A DNA stretch of 64,000 nt from an uncultured Planctomycetota bacterium (lineage in GTDB: Bacteria; Planctomycetota; Planctomycetia; Isosphaerales; Isosphaeraceae), in assembly GCA_963823665.1 (NCBI GenBank), contig CAWGMQ010000005.1:1760001-1824000 (forward strand), in the 5' to 3' direction. Position numbers and translations under genes: made by a program. Numbering within the stretch: position 1 is the stretch's first letter; every line of letters starts with the position of its first letter. The notes under the pieces were generated by a model. It had not been told where the DNA came from. It ran no database searches and saw nothing but the letters and a program-made list of their open reading frames with translations. Shown one piece after another: positions 63,039 to 64,000 of this stretch.

Positions 63039-63553
63039 TAGACATCTGGATCAAGCAAAATGGCTCGGATCTGGCACAGGGAGACTTTCTGCCCGAATGC
63101 GCCGTTGCGATGGTCGGCGCCGATTTCGAACCCACCGTCGGGGGACTGACGATCGTGGCCGAGGTTCGCGATCTGATCGTCATCACGCAAAGCTGCGATC
63201 TCGCCAGCGCGAAGGCACAGTTCGCCGCGCTCTGTCCGATTCACCGCCTGGATGACTTCGAGAGGGCGAGTCCTGAATTCAAGAAGGGCGGCCGCTGGGA
63301 ACAAGTTCGCAAGGGGCGGGTTGAAGGACTTCATTTGCTGGGATCACCCGAGGAGCCCAAGAACAACCGGTTGGCCTTGGTCGTCGATTTTCGAGAGATC
63401 TACAGTCTTCCGGTTGCCTACCTCGCCAATCACGCCGCCCGGCAGGGGGATCGCTGGAGGCTGCAATCTCCCTATCTGGAACACTTTTCTCAAGCGTTCG
63501 CACGCTTTTTCATGCGAGTGGGCCTGCCTGTGCAGATCCCCGAATACAAATGA
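63035..63553 (+). CDS. Hypothetical 'QGD/QSCD' protein, candidate PemK/MazF-like toxin
   Basis: LAQGDFL, IVITQSCDL, ALCPI, LVVDFREIYSLP, RLQSPYLEHFSQAFARFFMRVGLP. The CDS is solid; the fold is inferred. Confidence 0.7.
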   Translation: MIDIWIKQNGSDLAQGDFLPECAVAMVGADFEPTVGGLTIVAEVRDLIVITQSCDLASAKAQFAALCPIHRLDDFERASPEFKKGGRWEQVRKGRVEGLHLLGSPEEPKNNRLALVVDFREIYSLPVAYLANHAARQGDRWRLQSPYLEHFSQAFARFFMRVGLPVQIPEYK

Positions 63554-63705
63554 CGGAGCTGCCGCCCCGCGAGTTGCTGGAAAAGACCCTTCACGAGTCC
63601 ATTCGGCGCGCTCGAGAGCGGCTGGCCGTGTCCGGACAGGACGGCTCGCCGCAAGCCGCACCGAAGCAGAAGCTCAAGAAAGCGGCGAAAGGATCGTTGA
63701 AATGA
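63550..63705 (+). pseudogene. C-terminal remnant of a DUF1016/YhcG-like PD-(D/E)xK protein (51 aa ORF)
   Basis: Hand translation MTELPPRELLEKTLHESIRRARERLAVSGQDGSPQAAPKQKLKKAAKGSLK*; ATGA overlaps at both ends. Confidence 0.6.
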
Positions 63706-63775
63706 CCCCCGTCGAAGTACGCCGAGGGCTGGTCGAAGCCCTGAAGCTCGATCTGGTCGGCCCCGAGAACGGCTC
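63702..63775 (+). pseudogene. drmA: 5' end of a DISARM DrmA-like helicase, interrupted by repeats
   Basis: MTPVEVRRGLVEALKLDLVGPENGS resembles the DrmA N-terminus; only about 25 codons are visible. Confidence 0.55.
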
Positions 63776-63948
63776 GGGGATCCCAGAGGGGATCCCAGAC
63801 ACCCATGCTTTTGTAACGGTCCGCCGCACCCATTCATTCCCCCTCGCACGTCCAGAGGGATCCCAGACACCCATGCTTTTGGGGATCCCAGACACCCATG
63901 CTTTTGTAACGGTCCGCCGCACCCATTCATTCCCCCTCGCACGTCCAG
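63776..63948. repeat. Four tandem copies sharing one 5' end (GGGATCCCAGA...) with different lengths
   Basis: Copies at 63776 (12 bp), 63788 (69 bp), 63857 (24 bp) and 63881 (68 bp matching, then unique sequence). Confidence 0.9.
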
Positions 63949-64000
63949 CGCAAAACCACGGCCGCTGGTCATTTCAAACGCGCCCAAGGTAACTACCCGT

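Noticed and set aside
63776..63948. Repeats as a CRISPR array
   Set aside because: The sequence between repeats is identical or absent rather than unique spacers; no cas genes are visible.

Overview
GC-rich bacterial DNA, almost certainly from a planctomycete (Isosphaeraceae-like). The evidence is two DUF1549/DUF1553 + DUF1501 gene pairs, a DUF1559 prepilin-like gene, planctomycete ECF sigma factors coupled to Ser/Thr kinases, a PEP-CTERM protein and a double-length UvrA. About a dozen otherwise intact genes are split by single-base frameshifts, which I read as sequencing/assembly indels rather than real pseudogenes. Bases 1-53 kb are mostly ordinary chromosome. From about 53 kb the window becomes a rearranged accessory region: nested MITE-like repeats, a duplicated 3' half of an SGNH hydrolase, an orphan RHH antitoxin-like gene, glycosyltransferases and an IS3 element with no target duplication. 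It ends in what looks like a defence island. The best candidate for an undescribed system is a translationally coupled three-gene cassette at 62001-63553 (TIGR04255-like protein, small protein, 'QGD/QSCD' protein with PemK/MazF-like features). It sits on a DUF1016 remnant directly upstream of a gene whose N-terminus resembles the DISARM helicase DrmA, and that gene is interrupted by nested tandem repeats. All family calls come from motif recognition by eye; no database searches were run.
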